A DNA stretch of 64,000 nucleotides from Candidatus Anstonellales archaeon (GCA_038890615.1 JAWAFI010000001.1:304843-368842), one strand, 5' to 3'; counted from the stretch's first letter, positions 48,236 to 59,313 are shown. Numbers and translations are program-made. Notes: generated from the letters alone by a model not told the origin.

Positions 48236-49283
48236 ATGGTTGAGAACGAGTTCAAAGCCAACCTCCCTGTTGAGATTAGGAAAGAGCTCTCTGGGGAATG
48301 GGCCTTTAAAGAAGTTTTCAATTTTAAAGAAAAAACTCAAACAGGAAAAAACTAGAGGAAGATCTTTTTTCTGGAAAAAACATATGGCTACATGGGGCAC
48401 ATTACTCCGCTATGATTCAGAAAAAAACTGCATTATCTTTTATAGATACGGGGAGGATAAACCACCCATTTCCCTAAAGCTCAATGATAAAAAGGATAAA
48501 ATAGTTGGCATAAAAACTGAAATAGATGAAACATACAATAAAGCATTTACTTTTGTTTTTGACATTCTTTCATCAGGGCTAATAAAAAAAGAGCTTGTGT
48601 CTTTTTTTGGATTTCCAAAAGAATTGGTTGATGAAGCCTCAACAAAAGCCCAGGAAGTGCTTGAAATAAGGGAAATGAATAAGAAAAAACCAGGAACAAA
48701 AGAGCTAAAAAAAGAGCTAGGAGTTATATCACCTTTAATTTACAAAGAACCAGAAATACCATCCTCAATTGCCAAAAAACCCTATGTAGTGGTGCAGGGC
48801 GAGGCAGCAATCCTAAGCAAAGACAACCCACACGATGCGCTTTATACTTTTGGGGCAGGCCCCTGCTCAATTGTTGCAGCAGTGGTTAAGAACGAAAAAG
48901 GGGAGGTGGAGAAGGTTGCCCTGGCTCACCTTGATATTTTTGTAAGCAAGCAGGACATGAGGAAGCTTTTGGGCATCATCAACTTCGGGAGCCACCAAGT
49001 AGAATTTTCAATAATAAGCGGGCAAGAAAACCTGGTGCTTAAAATATACGAAGTCCTCAACGAATTCAACAATGTGAAAGACATAAAGTATTTTGATGTT
49101 GACCTTGAAGGATCAAGGAATGACAGCCTTGCAATAACAAAAGAAGGAAAAATTTTCTATGGGGAAAACCAAGAATGGAACCAAATGGCCAGTAGAAGGA
49201 TAGACCAAACAAACAGGATGTTCAACACACAACTTAACATAACCCATCTAGGCGAAAAAGAGCAGAAGATTTTGGTAAAGTAA
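48236..49283 (+). CDS. CheD/NTAN1/CNF1-like Cys-His deamidase-fold protein; 5' end probably frameshifted
   Basis: VVQGE...LYTFGAGPC...LAHLD. The ORF from ATG 48236 stops at 48355 while the +1 frame is open to 49283. Confidence 0.6.
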
Positions 49284-49322
49284 ATTTTTAAAGAAGGAAT
49301 GTAAAAGCAATTGAGGAGTAAA

Positions 49323-49811
49323 ATGCCAAAAAAACTATGCAGCTGCAATCCAAAGCAGGAGGATTACGAGAAATTTATGAGAATGGCAATAGAGGAGAGC
49401 ATTATTTCTGTGAAGGAAGGCCAGACTCCTTTTGGAGCCGTAATAGTCAAGGATGGAAAAATAATAGCAAAAGCGCACAACAGTGTCTACAAAACCTCTG
49501 ACCCAACTGCGCATGCTGAAATGAACGCTATACGCATTGCATCATCAAAGGCAGGCATAAACCTAAAAGGGGCGATATTGTTCTCTTCCTGCGAGCCCTG
49601 CCCAATGTGCTTCTCTGCATCTCATTGGGCTAAGATAAGCGAGATTGTATACGGCGCAACAATAGATGACGCAAGAAAGCTGGGGTTCAGGGAGATTTCC
49701 ATATACAACAAAGATTTCCTTTCGAAAGGTTCTTCCATAAAGATCATTCCAGGCCTCCTGCGCAAGGAAGCGGTCAAAGCGATGAAGAAGTGGAAGGGGC
49801 GGCCTTACTAG
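49323..49811 (+). CDS. Zn-dependent nucleoside/guanine deaminase (TadA/GuaD-like)
   Basis: PFGAVIV, DPTAHAE, EPCPMC. Confidence 0.9.
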   Translation: MPKKLCSCNPKQEDYEKFMRMAIEESIISVKEGQTPFGAVIVKDGKIIAKAHNSVYKTSDPTAHAEMNAIRIASSKAGINLKGAILFSSCEPCPMCFSASHWAKISEIVYGATIDDARKLGFREISIYNKDFLSKGSSIKIIPGLLRKEAVKAMKKWKGRPY

Positions 49812-49815
49812 AAAG

Positions 49816-49899
49816 TGCAGGGAGTGGGATTCGAACCCACGAACCCACTTAGGGACAGGCTCCTGAGGCCTGCGCCTTTGACCACTTGGCGATCCCTGC
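49816..49899 (-). tRNA. tRNA-Leu(CAG)
   Basis: Reverse complement GCAGGGA...CAGGC-CTCAGGA-GCCTG, long variable arm, GTGGG-TTCGAAT-CCCAC. Confidence 0.96.
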
Positions 49900-49984
49900 T
49901 CCTCTTCTATAACATCCCCTTGCTATTTAAGCGTTCTTTTAAACCTCTTTACCCTATCGGCAGCTTCTTCCCTGTATTTCCTTA

Positions 49985-50617
49985 TCATTTCTGCAATCCC
50001 TTGTCCTTTGCAAGGTCCTCTGCCATCCTGCCTTCATTATCCTGCAGCAACGGGTTTGCCCCAAGCCTCATGAGCTCAATGCACCCTTCTTTATTGCCCC
50101 ATATTGCTGCGATCATCAGCGCTGTCCTTTGCATGCAATCAGTTGCATCTATATTAGCCCCTTTTTTGACAAGTGGCTCAATCAATTTTGGGCTGTTTAT
50201 GGCAGCAAACATAAGCGCAGTCATTCCACTCTTCCTTTTTGCATTTGGGTCTGCGCCTGCATCAAGCAGGATGCTGGCAATCTTCTCGCTGTCGCTCCAA
50301 ACAGCAATAATAAGGGCTGTGTCTCCATCGCAATTTTTCTGTTCTATGCAAGCCCCCATGCTAATAAGGGCTTTAACTACATCCTCTTTTCCGCTGAAAA
50401 CAGCTTCCATCAAAGGGGTCCAGCCATCAAGCCCTACAGCATTGACAGAAGCGCCTTTTGCAACAGCATCCTTGCACCTTTCTAAATAGCCTTCCCTAGC
50501 TGCCAATATAAGCTCATGCTCTAGTTGGTTTAATAATCTTTCAGGGTTTTTAAGAAATCTGCTGGGCATCCTCTCCTTGCTGTACACCGCCTTCCTTCCC
50601 TTTTCCTTTTCTTTCAT
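49985..50617 (-). CDS. Ankyrin-repeat protein
   Basis: Repeated G.T[AP]L..A...LL..GA..N motifs (about 5). Confidence 0.92.
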   Translation of the reverse strand: MKEKEKGRKAVYSKERMPSRFLKNPERLLNQLEHELILAAREGYLERCKDAVAKGASVNAVGLDGWTPLMEAVFSGKEDVVKALISMGACIEQKNCDGDTALIIAVWSDSEKIASILLDAGADPNAKRKSGMTALMFAAINSPKLIEPLVKKGANIDATDCMQRTALMIAAIWGNKEGCIELMRLGANPLLQDNEGRMAEDLAKDKGLQK

Positions 50618-50706
50618 GGCAATACCGTTTCTCTCTGCATTATAATTAGCACTTCCCGAAACCCTTTAAAATCCTCGCATTCTAAGCAGTTAATAAAGGT
50701 GAGCAT

Positions 50707-50820
50707 TTGGGAGCCAAGCCAAGGAAGTGGAAGAAGAAAGGCAAGATGCGCTGGAAATGGGTAAAGAAGAAAAGGAGAAGGATAAAAAGGCAGCAGAAGA
50801 GGAGGGTAGGGAAGCTTTAA
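50707..50820 (+). CDS. rpl41e: Ribosomal protein L41e (aS32), 37 aa
   Basis: SD AGGTGA and TTG start; [37 protein letters not shown] matches the archaeal L41e pattern. Confidence 0.9.
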   Translation: MGAKPRKWKKKGKMRWKWVKKKRRRIKRQQKRRVGKL

Positions 50821-52064
50821 ATCCCTAGCTCTTTTGCGCATGAGCTTATTTTCCCAATGAATTCATCAATATCAGCTTTTGAGTGGGCGGCGCTTAGCTG
50901 GACTCTTATCTCATCCTTCCCTTTTGGCACAACAGGGAAGCTTATGTTTGTAACCAAAATTCCATTCTCAAAAAGAGCATCTGTTAGCTCCTTTGCCTTT
51001 GCTGCATCCCCTATAAGCACAGGCTGTATTGGGTGCTCTGATTCAGCAGAGAACTTCAGCCCTGCGTTCTTTGCCTTCTCCTTAAAGTATCGTATGTTTT
51101 CATTTAGCTTCCTGATGAGCCCCTTACCCTCTGGGGAATCAACAACATTGAGAGCTTCAAGCGCAGCAGCAGCAGTTCCTGGGGATACAGGGTTTGAGTA
51201 TATGTAAGTGGCAGCTGATTCCCTAAGGTAATCAACAATAATCTTGTCCCCAACAACATATCCCCCATCGCTTCCAAATCCCTTTCCAAAGGTGCCTACA
51301 AGCAAGTCGCACTTTGCCCCTGCCTTCTCTTCGCACCCCCTTCCTGTTTCCCCAAAGCACGCAACCCCATGGCTGTCGTCAACCACGCTTATCACCCCTT
51401 CTTCATAATCGCCATCGTGCTTATTGCAAACCTCAACCATCTTCCTAAGATCAGGGCATTCCCCTAGCATTGAGAATATGCCATCGCTTACCACTATTGC
51501 CCTCTTGAACTTCCCTGCATTTTCGCTTAGCACCTTATCCAACTCTTCATAATCCATATGCTTGAATATCGCCCTGTTTTCCTTTGGAAGCCCTGCAACC
51601 CTTATGCCATCTATTATGCTCCTGTGGTTCAGCTCATCTGAAACTACAAGCGTTTCCCCCCCAACAAGCGAGGCGCTGCTCTGCCCTTTTATTATGCAGT
51701 GGAGCACTGCCATGTTTGCAGCAAATGCAGAAGAGAAAACCATCCCTGCCTCTCTCTTGTGGAACTCAGCCACCTTCTCCTCAAGCTCAACATGAACTTT
51801 AAGCGTTCCAGCGATGAACCTGACAGCGCCTGGCCCAGAGCCGTACTTCTTTGCAGCTTCTTCTTCTGCCTTGTTTACCCTTGGGTTGAACCTGAGCCCC
51901 AAGTAGTCATTTGAGTTGAACACTAAGTATTTTTTCCCTCCAATAATCGCCTTTTTGTCTTTGGTAAATCCTTCAATCACTTTCTCCCATCTTTTAGATG
52001 TTTTTGAGTCATCTGTCCTCTTCAGCTCCCTTGCTATTAGCTCATAGAATTTTTCCTTCGGCAT
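50817..52064 (-). CDS. kbl: 2-amino-3-ketobutyrate CoA ligase (glycine C-acetyltransferase)
   Basis: [41 protein letters not shown]; divergent from the tdh-like gene. Confidence 0.85.
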   Translation of the reverse strand: MPKEKFYELIARELKRTDDSKTSKRWEKVIEGFTKDKKAIIGGKKYLVFNSNDYLGLRFNPRVNKAEEEAAKKYGSGPGAVRFIAGTLKVHVELEEKVAEFHKREAGMVFSSAFAANMAVLHCIIKGQSSASLVGGETLVVSDELNHRSIIDGIRVAGLPKENRAIFKHMDYEELDKVLSENAGKFKRAIVVSDGIFSMLGECPDLRKMVEVCNKHDGDYEEGVISVVDDSHGVACFGETGRGCEEKAGAKCDLLVGTFGKGFGSDGGYVVGDKIIVDYLRESAATYIYSNPVSPGTAAAALEALNVVDSPEGKGLIRKLNENIRYFKEKAKNAGLKFSAESEHPIQPVLIGDAAKAKELTDALFENGILVTNISFPVVPKGKDEIRVQLSAAHSKADIDEFIGKISSCAKELGI

Positions 52065-52116
52065 GTGCCTTATATCTTCCCCAACCTTTTTTAATCCTGC
52101 TTTTCTTAACCCCATT

Positions 52117-53070
52117 ATGAAAATACTTGTAACGGGCGCAGCAGGCCAGATTGGGTCTGAGCTTGTGCCTGCCCTTCGCGAAAGATATGGAACCGAAAGC
52201 GTGATACCTCTATACCACCACACCATTCCCAAAGGCATTGAGAAGCCTTACATTATAGGGGATGCCACTGACAAGGATTTCCTTTTTGGAGCAATAAAAG
52301 ACAATGAGATAGATGTTATTTACCACCTTGTAGGGATTCTGTCAGCAAAAGGGGAGAAGGACCCTGACCTTGCCTATTCAGTGAATATGGGCAGCCTGAA
52401 AAACGTGCTTGACATTGCCAGATGGCTCAAGGAGAATGGCAAGCCAATAAAAGTATTCTGGCCAAGCTCTATTGCTGCCTTTGGCCCAACAACGCCAAGG
52501 GACAAAACGCCACAGCACACTGTGCTTGAGCCATCCACAATGTACGGGGTCACAAAGGTTGCGGGGGAGCTTCTTGTAAATTACTATTTCAAAAAATTCG
52601 GAATAGACACACGAAGCGTCCGCTATCCAGGCATAATAAGCTGGAAAACGCCTCCAGGCGGGGGCACCACAGATTACGCAGTTGAGATTTTTCATGAAGC
52701 TCTAAAGAACAAATCATACACATGCTTCTTAAACAAGGGAACATACTTGCCCATGATGTATATGGATGATGCCATAAGGGGGACTATAGAGCTTATGGAG
52801 GCAGAGCCTTCACGCATAAAGGTAAGGACAAGCTACAACATTGCTGCAGTAAGCTTCGCCCCAGAGCATATTGCAGAGGAAATAGCAAAGCATATCCCTG
52901 GATTCAGGATTTCATACAATCCTGACTTCAGGCAACAGATCGCTGATTCTTGGCCGCGCTCAATAGACGATTCCGCAGCACGCTCTGATTGGGGGTGGAG
53001 CCATCGCTATGGGTTGAAGGAAATTGTGGAAGCCATGCTTTCCAACCTTAAAAGGGAGCTTAACCTTTAG
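52117..53070 (+). CDS. tdh: SDR-type L-threonine 3-dehydrogenase
   Basis: GA.GQIG, LSA.GE, PSSIAAFG, YGVTK, PGGGTTDYAV, RQ.IADSWP. Confidence 0.88.
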   Translation: MKILVTGAAGQIGSELVPALRERYGTESVIPLYHHTIPKGIEKPYIIGDATDKDFLFGAIKDNEIDVIYHLVGILSAKGEKDPDLAYSVNMGSLKNVLDIARWLKENGKPIKVFWPSSIAAFGPTTPRDKTPQHTVLEPSTMYGVTKVAGELLVNYYFKKFGIDTRSVRYPGIISWKTPPGGGTTDYAVEIFHEALKNKSYTCFLNKGTYLPMMYMDDAIRGTIELMEAEPSRIKVRTSYNIAAVSFAPEHIAEEIAKHIPGFRISYNPDFRQQIADSWPRSIDDSAARSDWGWSHRYGLKEIVEAMLSNLKRELNL

Positions 53071-53071
53071 C

Positions 53072-54376
53072 TTAAGCATTTTGCTTAACGAACTCCACAA
53101 GCTCCCTTGCAATCTTCTCTGCTTTTGCCTTGTCTTTTGATTCTGCGAAGACCCTTATGAAATTCTCTGTGCCAGAAGGCCTTATGAGGAACCAAGAGCC
53201 ATCTTCCATGTCCACCCTGACCCCATCAACCATGTTCGCTTGAGGGTATTTTGCGTATATTGCCTCCATTGCCTTTTTCTTTTCAGTGCACTCAACCTTT
53301 TCTTTAATCAGCCAGTACTTTGGCATCCTTCTTAGGGCATTTTCAATCCCTTCCTCTGCCTCTATCTCAAGCATCTTAAGCCCAGTTAGGAAGCCGTCCT
53401 TTGCGTAGCTGAACTCAGGCCACACAGTGCCCCCAACCTCTTCCCCTGCCATAATGCCACCTACCTCAATGAGCTTTTCAACTATGTACGGCACCCCAAC
53501 TTTAGTTTTGACAACACTCCCCCCTGCTGCTTTTACAACCTCATCAACGACGTTGCTTGTGCCAACTGTGCTTACCACAATCCCTTTTTTGTGCCTAAGC
53601 TTTCTTTCTGCAGCCAAGGCAAACACCACATCCCCAGAGACAAAGCCAGAGGGGGCTGCAAGCGATATCCTGTCTCCATCTCCGTCCCATGCGATCCCTA
53701 TGTCAGCATTGCCTTCCTTGACAAAATTTATGAGCTCCTGTATGTTTGCTTCCTTTGGCTCAGAGGGCCTTCCAGGGAAAGACCCATCAACCTTCTCATT
53801 GAAAACAAATAACTCAGCAATCTCCCTAAAAAGAGGCAGCACATTGACTGCAGTGCAGTTTGAGCAGTCAACAGCAACCTTGAGCTTAGCTTTCTTTATG
53901 AGCTGAATGTCAGCATGCTTCCTTATCTCGCTTAGATAAGTTTCCATAACACCTTTCACTACTATATCCTTCCCTATTGAATTCCACGCAGAAGGCACCA
54001 CAACCTTCTCTTCAAGCATTGCATTAGCCCTTTCTTGGGGTATTATTACCCCGTTCTTGTCAACAATCTTTATCCCATTCCATTCCTTTGGGTTGTGTGA
54101 GGCAGTTATTATTGCAACCCCATCAAGCTTTCTGTGCCTTATCATGAATTCAGCAACAGGAGAAGGCACAAAGCCAAGGACTTCAACATCAGTGCCCCCT
54201 GCTTCTATCCCGCTTATCAATGCATGCGCATAAAGCTCAGAAGAGCTTCTGCAATCCCATGCAACCCCAACCCTTTTCCTACCTTTTGAGAAGTTGTAGC
54301 CTATCTCAACTATTCTCCTTAGGTCAAATTTCCCTGTTATCTCCCTTACCCCTGATGTTCCAAATGAAAGTGCCAT
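53072..54376 (-). CDS. Phosphohexomutase (PMM/PGM/GlmM family)
   Basis: FGTSGVR, TASHNP, DGDGDR, GEE.GG, RPSGTE. Confidence 0.93.
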   Translation of the reverse strand: MALSFGTSGVREITGKFDLRRIVEIGYNFSKGRKRVGVAWDCRSSSELYAHALISGIEAGGTDVEVLGFVPSPVAEFMIRHRKLDGVAIITASHNPKEWNGIKIVDKNGVIIPQERANAMLEEKVVVPSAWNSIGKDIVVKGVMETYLSEIRKHADIQLIKKAKLKVAVDCSNCTAVNVLPLFREIAELFVFNEKVDGSFPGRPSEPKEANIQELINFVKEGNADIGIAWDGDGDRISLAAPSGFVSGDVVFALAAERKLRHKKGIVVSTVGTSNVVDEVVKAAGGSVVKTKVGVPYIVEKLIEVGGIMAGEEVGGTVWPEFSYAKDGFLTGLKMLEIEAEEGIENALRRMPKYWLIKEKVECTEKKKAMEAIYAKYPQANMVDGVRVDMEDGSWFLIRPSGTENFIRVFAESKDKAKAEKIARELVEFVKQNA

Positions 54377-54425
54377 AAAATGTATAAAAGCAACCTTTTT
54401 AATAAAAAGCGCAAAGGCACTTTTT

Positions 54426-55064
54426 ATGGTTGTGCCTCTTTTCCTGGCTGTGCGCCAAAGAAAGCAGGAGCTTCACGAGATAAGACCATCCCTCTTCTCA
54501 AAAATATTTCTTGAGGACAAAAAGACTTCCGAAAAAATCCAGAAAGCTCTTGAGAAAAGTCCCAGGGAGCTTGAGCTCATGCTAACCATAACAAGAATGA
54601 AACCATATTGCATTTTGCCAAACCACTTGGTTGATAAAGCTGCAGAGGCAATAGAATTGGCAGGGCTAAAGACACTTAAGTCTTCCAATAAGGAAAGGGG
54701 CACTTATGTCTATAGCCCAGATGCCCTTTCAGAGTTCTTATTTTTCTTAGGGGTAAACGCTGTGTCACCGCGCGAGTACCTTAAGACGTGTGACCAGATA
54801 GAATTACTCATGGAATTCTTGAGACCCAATATACTCCAAGAAGGAAGTACAACCATAAAAATCTACGCAGAGGGGCTTGAAGGAAGCATAAACTTCACAG
54901 CCCCTAAAAACTCAAATTGCAGAGAGATGATAGAAGAATATGGGGCTGCAATAAAAAAACTAGAAGCTTTTGGGGTGAAAAACCTTGGCAAGGTTGTTGC
55001 TGAATTAAGGGTGAACAAAAAGATAGGAGGGCCAGCTAGAACTAGCACAATCATTTTCCCTTGA
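54426..55064 (+). CDS. Hypothetical protein
   Basis: 212-aa ORF downstream of a divergent promoter region; no recognised motif. Confidence 0.6.
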   Translation: MVVPLFLAVRQRKQELHEIRPSLFSKIFLEDKKTSEKIQKALEKSPRELELMLTITRMKPYCILPNHLVDKAAEAIELAGLKTLKSSNKERGTYVYSPDALSEFLFFLGVNAVSPREYLKTCDQIELLMEFLRPNILQEGSTTIKIYAEGLEGSINFTAPKNSNCREMIEEYGAAIKKLEAFGVKNLGKVVAELRVNKKIGGPARTSTIIFP

Positions 55065-55074
55065 GGTTGTCAAT

Positions 55075-56214
55075 CTAATAAGGGCCAACTCCGGTTCCGC
55101 TGCTGCTCGTTTTCTCGGTGTTTATGTCCAGCACATCCTCCTTTTTCCATTCCTGTTGCCTATTTCCTGCAACATCCTTTGCCCCACTTATTTTTATGTC
55201 AAGGCCTGTTGCCCTTTCCTCTTTGTCCAGTATCTCGTACTTGGCGACATAAGTAAGCTCGTTGATCCAGCTGCCTCCTTTTGGGCCCAGAACTTTAAGG
55301 GCTTTTGAGAATTCTATGCTTGGCTCGCTTGCTTCCATTGGCTCACTGTACTTAACTCTCACTTCTATTACCTTTCCAATATCCTTCCTCGTTATAAAAT
55401 CGTCGCTTATCTCAAGCCCAACAACATAAGGCCTTATCATATCTACCATAAACACAGCTCCAGAATATTCTTCTTGCAGGTTTCCAGCGCTATCCCTTCC
55501 GCCGCTCACTTGTGCATCAACTCTTTGCGCCTCAAAGCTGCTCTCCTTTATGCTATAGAGCATTTCATAATCGTTATCGCTTATCCAGCTTCCTTCCTTG
55601 AATGCAAGCACTCTTGCCATATCAGGGCTGAAAACAACAGAGGGATTGCCTTTGCCCATTTTTTCGCTGTATCTTATCCTAACTGCAAGAGTGCCCCCAA
55701 CATCCTCTGTGCTTATCTTTGAATCAGAAGCTTCTACTAAGGCGACCTTTGGCCCAACATTGTCTATGCTGAAGGCGTCCCTTTCTACATATTCTTCATT
55801 CTCGTTGCCAGCCAAATCCCTTGCCCCTGTCACTATTATGTCAAACCCTTCTGCCTCCAAGCCTGCGTTGCCTATCATATACTCTGCTGCATAGCTGTAT
55901 TCATCAATCCATCCTTCAGTACTTGGTAAAAGCAAATGGCTAAGGTCACGGCTGAACCTTATGCTTGGCTCAACCTCCCTATCCATGCTTTCGCTAAACC
56001 TAACACTTACCCTGAAAACACCCCCGGCATCTGCTTTTGTTATCAGCTTATCAGATACCTCTACTTCTGCAACATAAGGAGCTGTGCTGTCTATCAAGCT
56101 CTCATTAGTTTCGTTTGTTATATTCTGCGTTTCATTCTTGAGCTCATTGGGAAAATCAATGCACCCAAAGAAGAGCATCACAGCAAAAACACCTACAGCT
56201 AAAAATTTATTCAT
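55075..56214 (-). CDS. Lipoprotein with three Ig-like repeats
   Basis: Lipobox FFGC; three copies of D..P.V...SD...[YF]SE.M...W...Y...GA.D.AGN. Confidence 0.8.
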   Translation of the reverse strand: MNKFLAVGVFAVMLFFGCIDFPNELKNETQNITNETNESLIDSTAPYVAEVEVSDKLITKADAGGVFRVSVRFSESMDREVEPSIRFSRDLSHLLLPSTEGWIDEYSYAAEYMIGNAGLEAEGFDIIVTGARDLAGNENEEYVERDAFSIDNVGPKVALVEASDSKISTEDVGGTLAVRIRYSEKMGKGNPSVVFSPDMARVLAFKEGSWISDNDYEMLYSIKESSFEAQRVDAQVSGGRDSAGNLQEEYSGAVFMVDMIRPYVVGLEISDDFITRKDIGKVIEVRVKYSEPMEASEPSIEFSKALKVLGPKGGSWINELTYVAKYEILDKEERATGLDIKISGAKDVAGNRQQEWKKEDVLDINTEKTSSSGTGVGPY

Positions 56215-56264
56215 GCTCTCACACAACTCAATGGCTCTTTTGATTTAAAATAGTATTGTTTTGG

Positions 56265-57428
56265 TTAAGTCATCCTCCTAAGTATATGGACCACTGCAGT
56301 AGCCCCACTGCCCCCAACATTATGGGTAAGCCCTATCTCTGCCCCGCTTACTTGTCTGTTCCCTGCTTCGCCCCTCAGTTGCCATACTGCCTCGACAACC
56401 TGCTTTACCCCTGTTGCCCCTACCGGATGCCCGCATGCTTTCAAGCCTCCGCTGGTGTTTATGGGAATCTTGCTTCCAAGGTAAGTAAGGCCCTCTTCTA
56501 CTGCCTTGTAGCCCTGCCCTTTTTCGAAGAAGCCCAAGTCCTCTATTGCTAGGAGTTCAGCAATTGTGAAGCAGTCGTGCACTTCTGCAAAATCAATGTC
56601 CTGCGCGCTTATGCCTGCCCTTTCATAGGCCTTTTTGGCAGCGATCCGCGTAGCATTCAAGGAAGTAAGACTTTGCCTATTGTTTAGGGCTAAGCTATCG
56701 CTTGCCTGCGTGCTTGCAGCTATCTCTACAGGCGTGTCAGTGAATTCCTTTGCCCTTTCCAAAGGAGCTAGCACAACCGCTGCAGCCCCATCTGTTATTG
56801 GCGATGAGTCAAACACCTTGAGCGGATCTGCGATCATCTTTGATTTCATCACTGTTTCCACTGTAATCTCATTCTGGTACTGCGCATATGGATTAAGCGA
56901 GCCGTGCTTGTGGTTCTTGACAGCAACCATTGCCAAGTGCTCTTCTTTTGCGCCAAAGTCATTCATATACCTAGTTGCCATTAGCGCATAAAGCCCTGGG
57001 AAAGTTGCCCCAAGGAAGAGCTCCCATTCCTGGTCCCCTGCTCCTCCAAGCACTTTTGTTGTTGCCTCTGTCCCTATATCTGTCATTTTCTCAACGCCAC
57101 CTACTACCACTATGTCGTGCATCCCTGATGCCACTGCCATAAACCCTTGCCTGACTGCCATTCCTCCTGAAGCGCAGGCGCCCTCCACCCTTGTCATGGG
57201 TATTGGGTTAAGCCCCATGTAATCAGCAAGCAAAGCCCCCAAGTGCTCCTGCCCTGCAAAGCTACCTCCTGCCATATTCCCAACGTACCCTGCCTCTATG
57301 TCCTTGCCTCCTACTCCTGCGTCTTCAATTGCCTTTATGCCTGCTTCGAGTGTCAAGTCCCTAAGCCCCTTATCCCAATGCTCCCCAAACTTTGTCATTC
57401 CTACTCCTATCACAGCTACTTTCCTCAT
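56265..57428 (-). CDS. Acetoacetyl-CoA thiolase (archaeal type)
   Basis: [34 protein letters not shown]. Confidence 0.93.
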   Translation of the reverse strand: MRKVAVIGVGMTKFGEHWDKGLRDLTLEAGIKAIEDAGVGGKDIEAGYVGNMAGGSFAGQEHLGALLADYMGLNPIPMTRVEGACASGGMAVRQGFMAVASGMHDIVVVGGVEKMTDIGTEATTKVLGGAGDQEWELFLGATFPGLYALMATRYMNDFGAKEEHLAMVAVKNHKHGSLNPYAQYQNEITVETVMKSKMIADPLKVFDSSPITDGAAAVVLAPLERAKEFTDTPVEIAASTQASDSLALNNRQSLTSLNATRIAAKKAYERAGISAQDIDFAEVHDCFTIAELLAIEDLGFFEKGQGYKAVEEGLTYLGSKIPINTSGGLKACGHPVGATGVKQVVEAVWQLRGEAGNRQVSGAEIGLTHNVGGSGATAVVHILRRMT

Positions 57429-58468
57429 TCTACCAACCCCTTCAATTTTCTCCTCAGCTTAACATACCTTGCATAAGTAACATATTCTTTGTCTGCTATC
57501 ATTTCCTCAACGCTTGGCCCAACTTTCTGCAATTCTTCAATACCTTCCTTGACCTCAATCACAAAGGAATCGCTCCCTGCACCGCTGCCGAAGCTTGTTG
57601 CAAGTATCTTTTGCCCTGGCTTGGCAACATCAAGAACTGCGCAAAGCCCAAGCATTGTTGCCCCTGAGTAAGTGTTTCCTATTCTTGGCACCAAAAGGCC
57701 AGGCATAAGCTTCTCCTTTGGTATTCCAAGCTTCTTTGCTGCTTGGGTTGGAAACTTTGCATTTGGCTGGTGGAACACCACATAATCAAACTCGTTTAAA
57801 CTGTACCCCCCTTTCTCAAGTATGCCTTTTGTTGCACCTATTATGTGCTTGAAGTATGCTGGCTCCCCAGTGAACCTCCCTCCATGGCTTGGGAACTCTG
57901 CCCCTTGCCTTCTCCAAAAATCAGGGGTGTCAGTGCTGAAAGAGTATGTCATCTCTATATGCGCTATGCCGCTCTTCCCTACAACTATAGCCCCAGCCCC
58001 TGCAGCAGCGCTGTACTCCAATGCATCTGCAGGCCTTCCCTGCGCAGTGTCAGAACCTATTGCTAGCGCGTATTTCATGAGCCCTGAGTCAACCATTCCT
58101 ATGCCTATCTGCACTCCTGCAGTGCCTGCCTTGCATGCGAACTCAAGGTCAGCAGCAGTTAGCGAAGGCGTTGCATCTATTGCCTCTGCAACTATTGTTG
58201 CCGTTGGCTTCACTGCATATGGATGGCTTTCGCTCCCAACATATACAGCCCCAATATCCTTTGGGTTTATCCTGCCTCTCCTTATGGCAACCCTTGCTGC
58301 CTCAACAGCCATTGTTGCTGCATCCTCGTCAAAAGCAGGTACTGCCTTTTCCTTTATGCCAAGGCCATCCTCTATTCTTGCTGGGTCCTCTCCCCATACT
58401 TCTGCTATCTCCCTCGTCTGTATCCTGTATTTTGGTATATAAGCTCCATACGAAACTATATCTGCCAT
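57425..58468 (-). CDS. Hydroxymethylglutaryl-CoA synthase
   Basis: [48 protein letters not shown]. Confidence 0.96.
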   Translation of the reverse strand: MADIVSYGAYIPKYRIQTREIAEVWGEDPARIEDGLGIKEKAVPAFDEDAATMAVEAARVAIRRGRINPKDIGAVYVGSESHPYAVKPTATIVAEAIDATPSLTAADLEFACKAGTAGVQIGIGMVDSGLMKYALAIGSDTAQGRPADALEYSAAAGAGAIVVGKSGIAHIEMTYSFSTDTPDFWRRQGAEFPSHGGRFTGEPAYFKHIIGATKGILEKGGYSLNEFDYVVFHQPNAKFPTQAAKKLGIPKEKLMPGLLVPRIGNTYSGATMLGLCAVLDVAKPGQKILATSFGSGAGSDSFVIEVKEGIEELQKVGPSVEEMIADKEYVTYARYVKLRRKLKGLVE

Positions 58469-58581
58469 AGCGAAAACCCTCCAGCAGGTATTTTAATATT
58501 GCTTGCCTTGCTTCGTTGATCGTAGAAATTGAATTAATAAAACATATTTAAATAAACACTAAAAATAACTTAAGGTTAAGG

Positions 58582-59313
58582 ATGAAGCCTCTTGCTTTGA
58601 TTATTTTGGTTTCAACGTGCTTTGCTATCCCCTTAATCACTGTTGAAAGGGATGGAACAGCCATAATAGAAATTGATGAGCCCTTCCAAAATACATTCAG
58701 CTTTGATGTTATTGAGGGGAACTTCAGTATTGAAGGCACAGAAGTAATTCCTTCAACCCACCTTACGCTCCAAACACAAGACATTACCTCAAAGAACGGA
58801 ACAGAATGGTCCTTAAAGCTTCCTTTCCGCGCAACAGTGCTCCTGCCAAAGCCGGTTTCAATAGTGAATACACCTAACATAGAAAAGGTTTCCTTCTCAT
58901 TTGACAGGGTTTCTGTTGTTGCTTCCCCAGGGAACCTCTATTACTCATTGGATAAGCAGGATGCCTCTTCAGTCCCTCTTTCCACTGTGCTTGCCGCATT
59001 GGCAATGCTGCTGATTGCAGCAATAGCTCTGCTCATCTACTTCTTCCTTAAGGAGGGGGGAAAACCAGCAGCGCAGGTTGTTCAGCACCAAGCCCCAAAA
59101 GAAGACATTTTGCGTTTGCTCACTGAAAACGAAAAAGCCCTTTATACTAAGATAGCAGAGAGGCCTGGAATAACACAGAAGGAGCTGTTTGCGCTTTCAG
59201 GCCTACCTAAATCAACGCTTTCAATAACGCTCAAGCGCCTCATCTCAAAAGGCTTGGTGGATCGTGCGAAGGTAGGCATTTCTGTAAAGCTTTATCCTGC
59301 CAAAAAGCCATAA
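58582..59313 (+). CDS. Membrane-tethered transcription regulator with C-terminal winged HTH (COG2512-like)
   Basis: Signal peptide, extracellular domain, TM helix, then LTENE...GITQKEL...GLPKSTLS..LKRL..KGLV.R...G. Confidence 0.85.
   Translation: MKPLALIILVSTCFAIPLITVERDGTAIIEIDEPFQNTFSFDVIEGNFSIEGTEVIPSTHLTLQTQDITSKNGTEWSLKLPFRATVLLPKPVSIVNTPNIEKVSFSFDRVSVVASPGNLYYSLDKQDASSVPLSTVLAALAMLLIAAIALLIYFFLKEGGKPAAQVVQHQAPKEDILRLLTENEKALYTKIAERPGITQKELFALSGLPKSTLSITLKRLISKGLVDRAKVGISVKLYPAKKP

Noticed and set aside
48163..49899. Integrated element between tRNA-Gly and tRNA-Leu
   Set aside because: No integrase and no duplicated tRNA 3' end (att site) seen; treated only as a variable islet.
49815..50489. 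224-aa + strand ORF
   Set aside because: Antisense shadow of tRNA-Leu and the ankyrin gene.
50614..50841. 75-aa Pro/Leu-rich minus-strand ORF
   Set aside because: Antisense to rpl41e.
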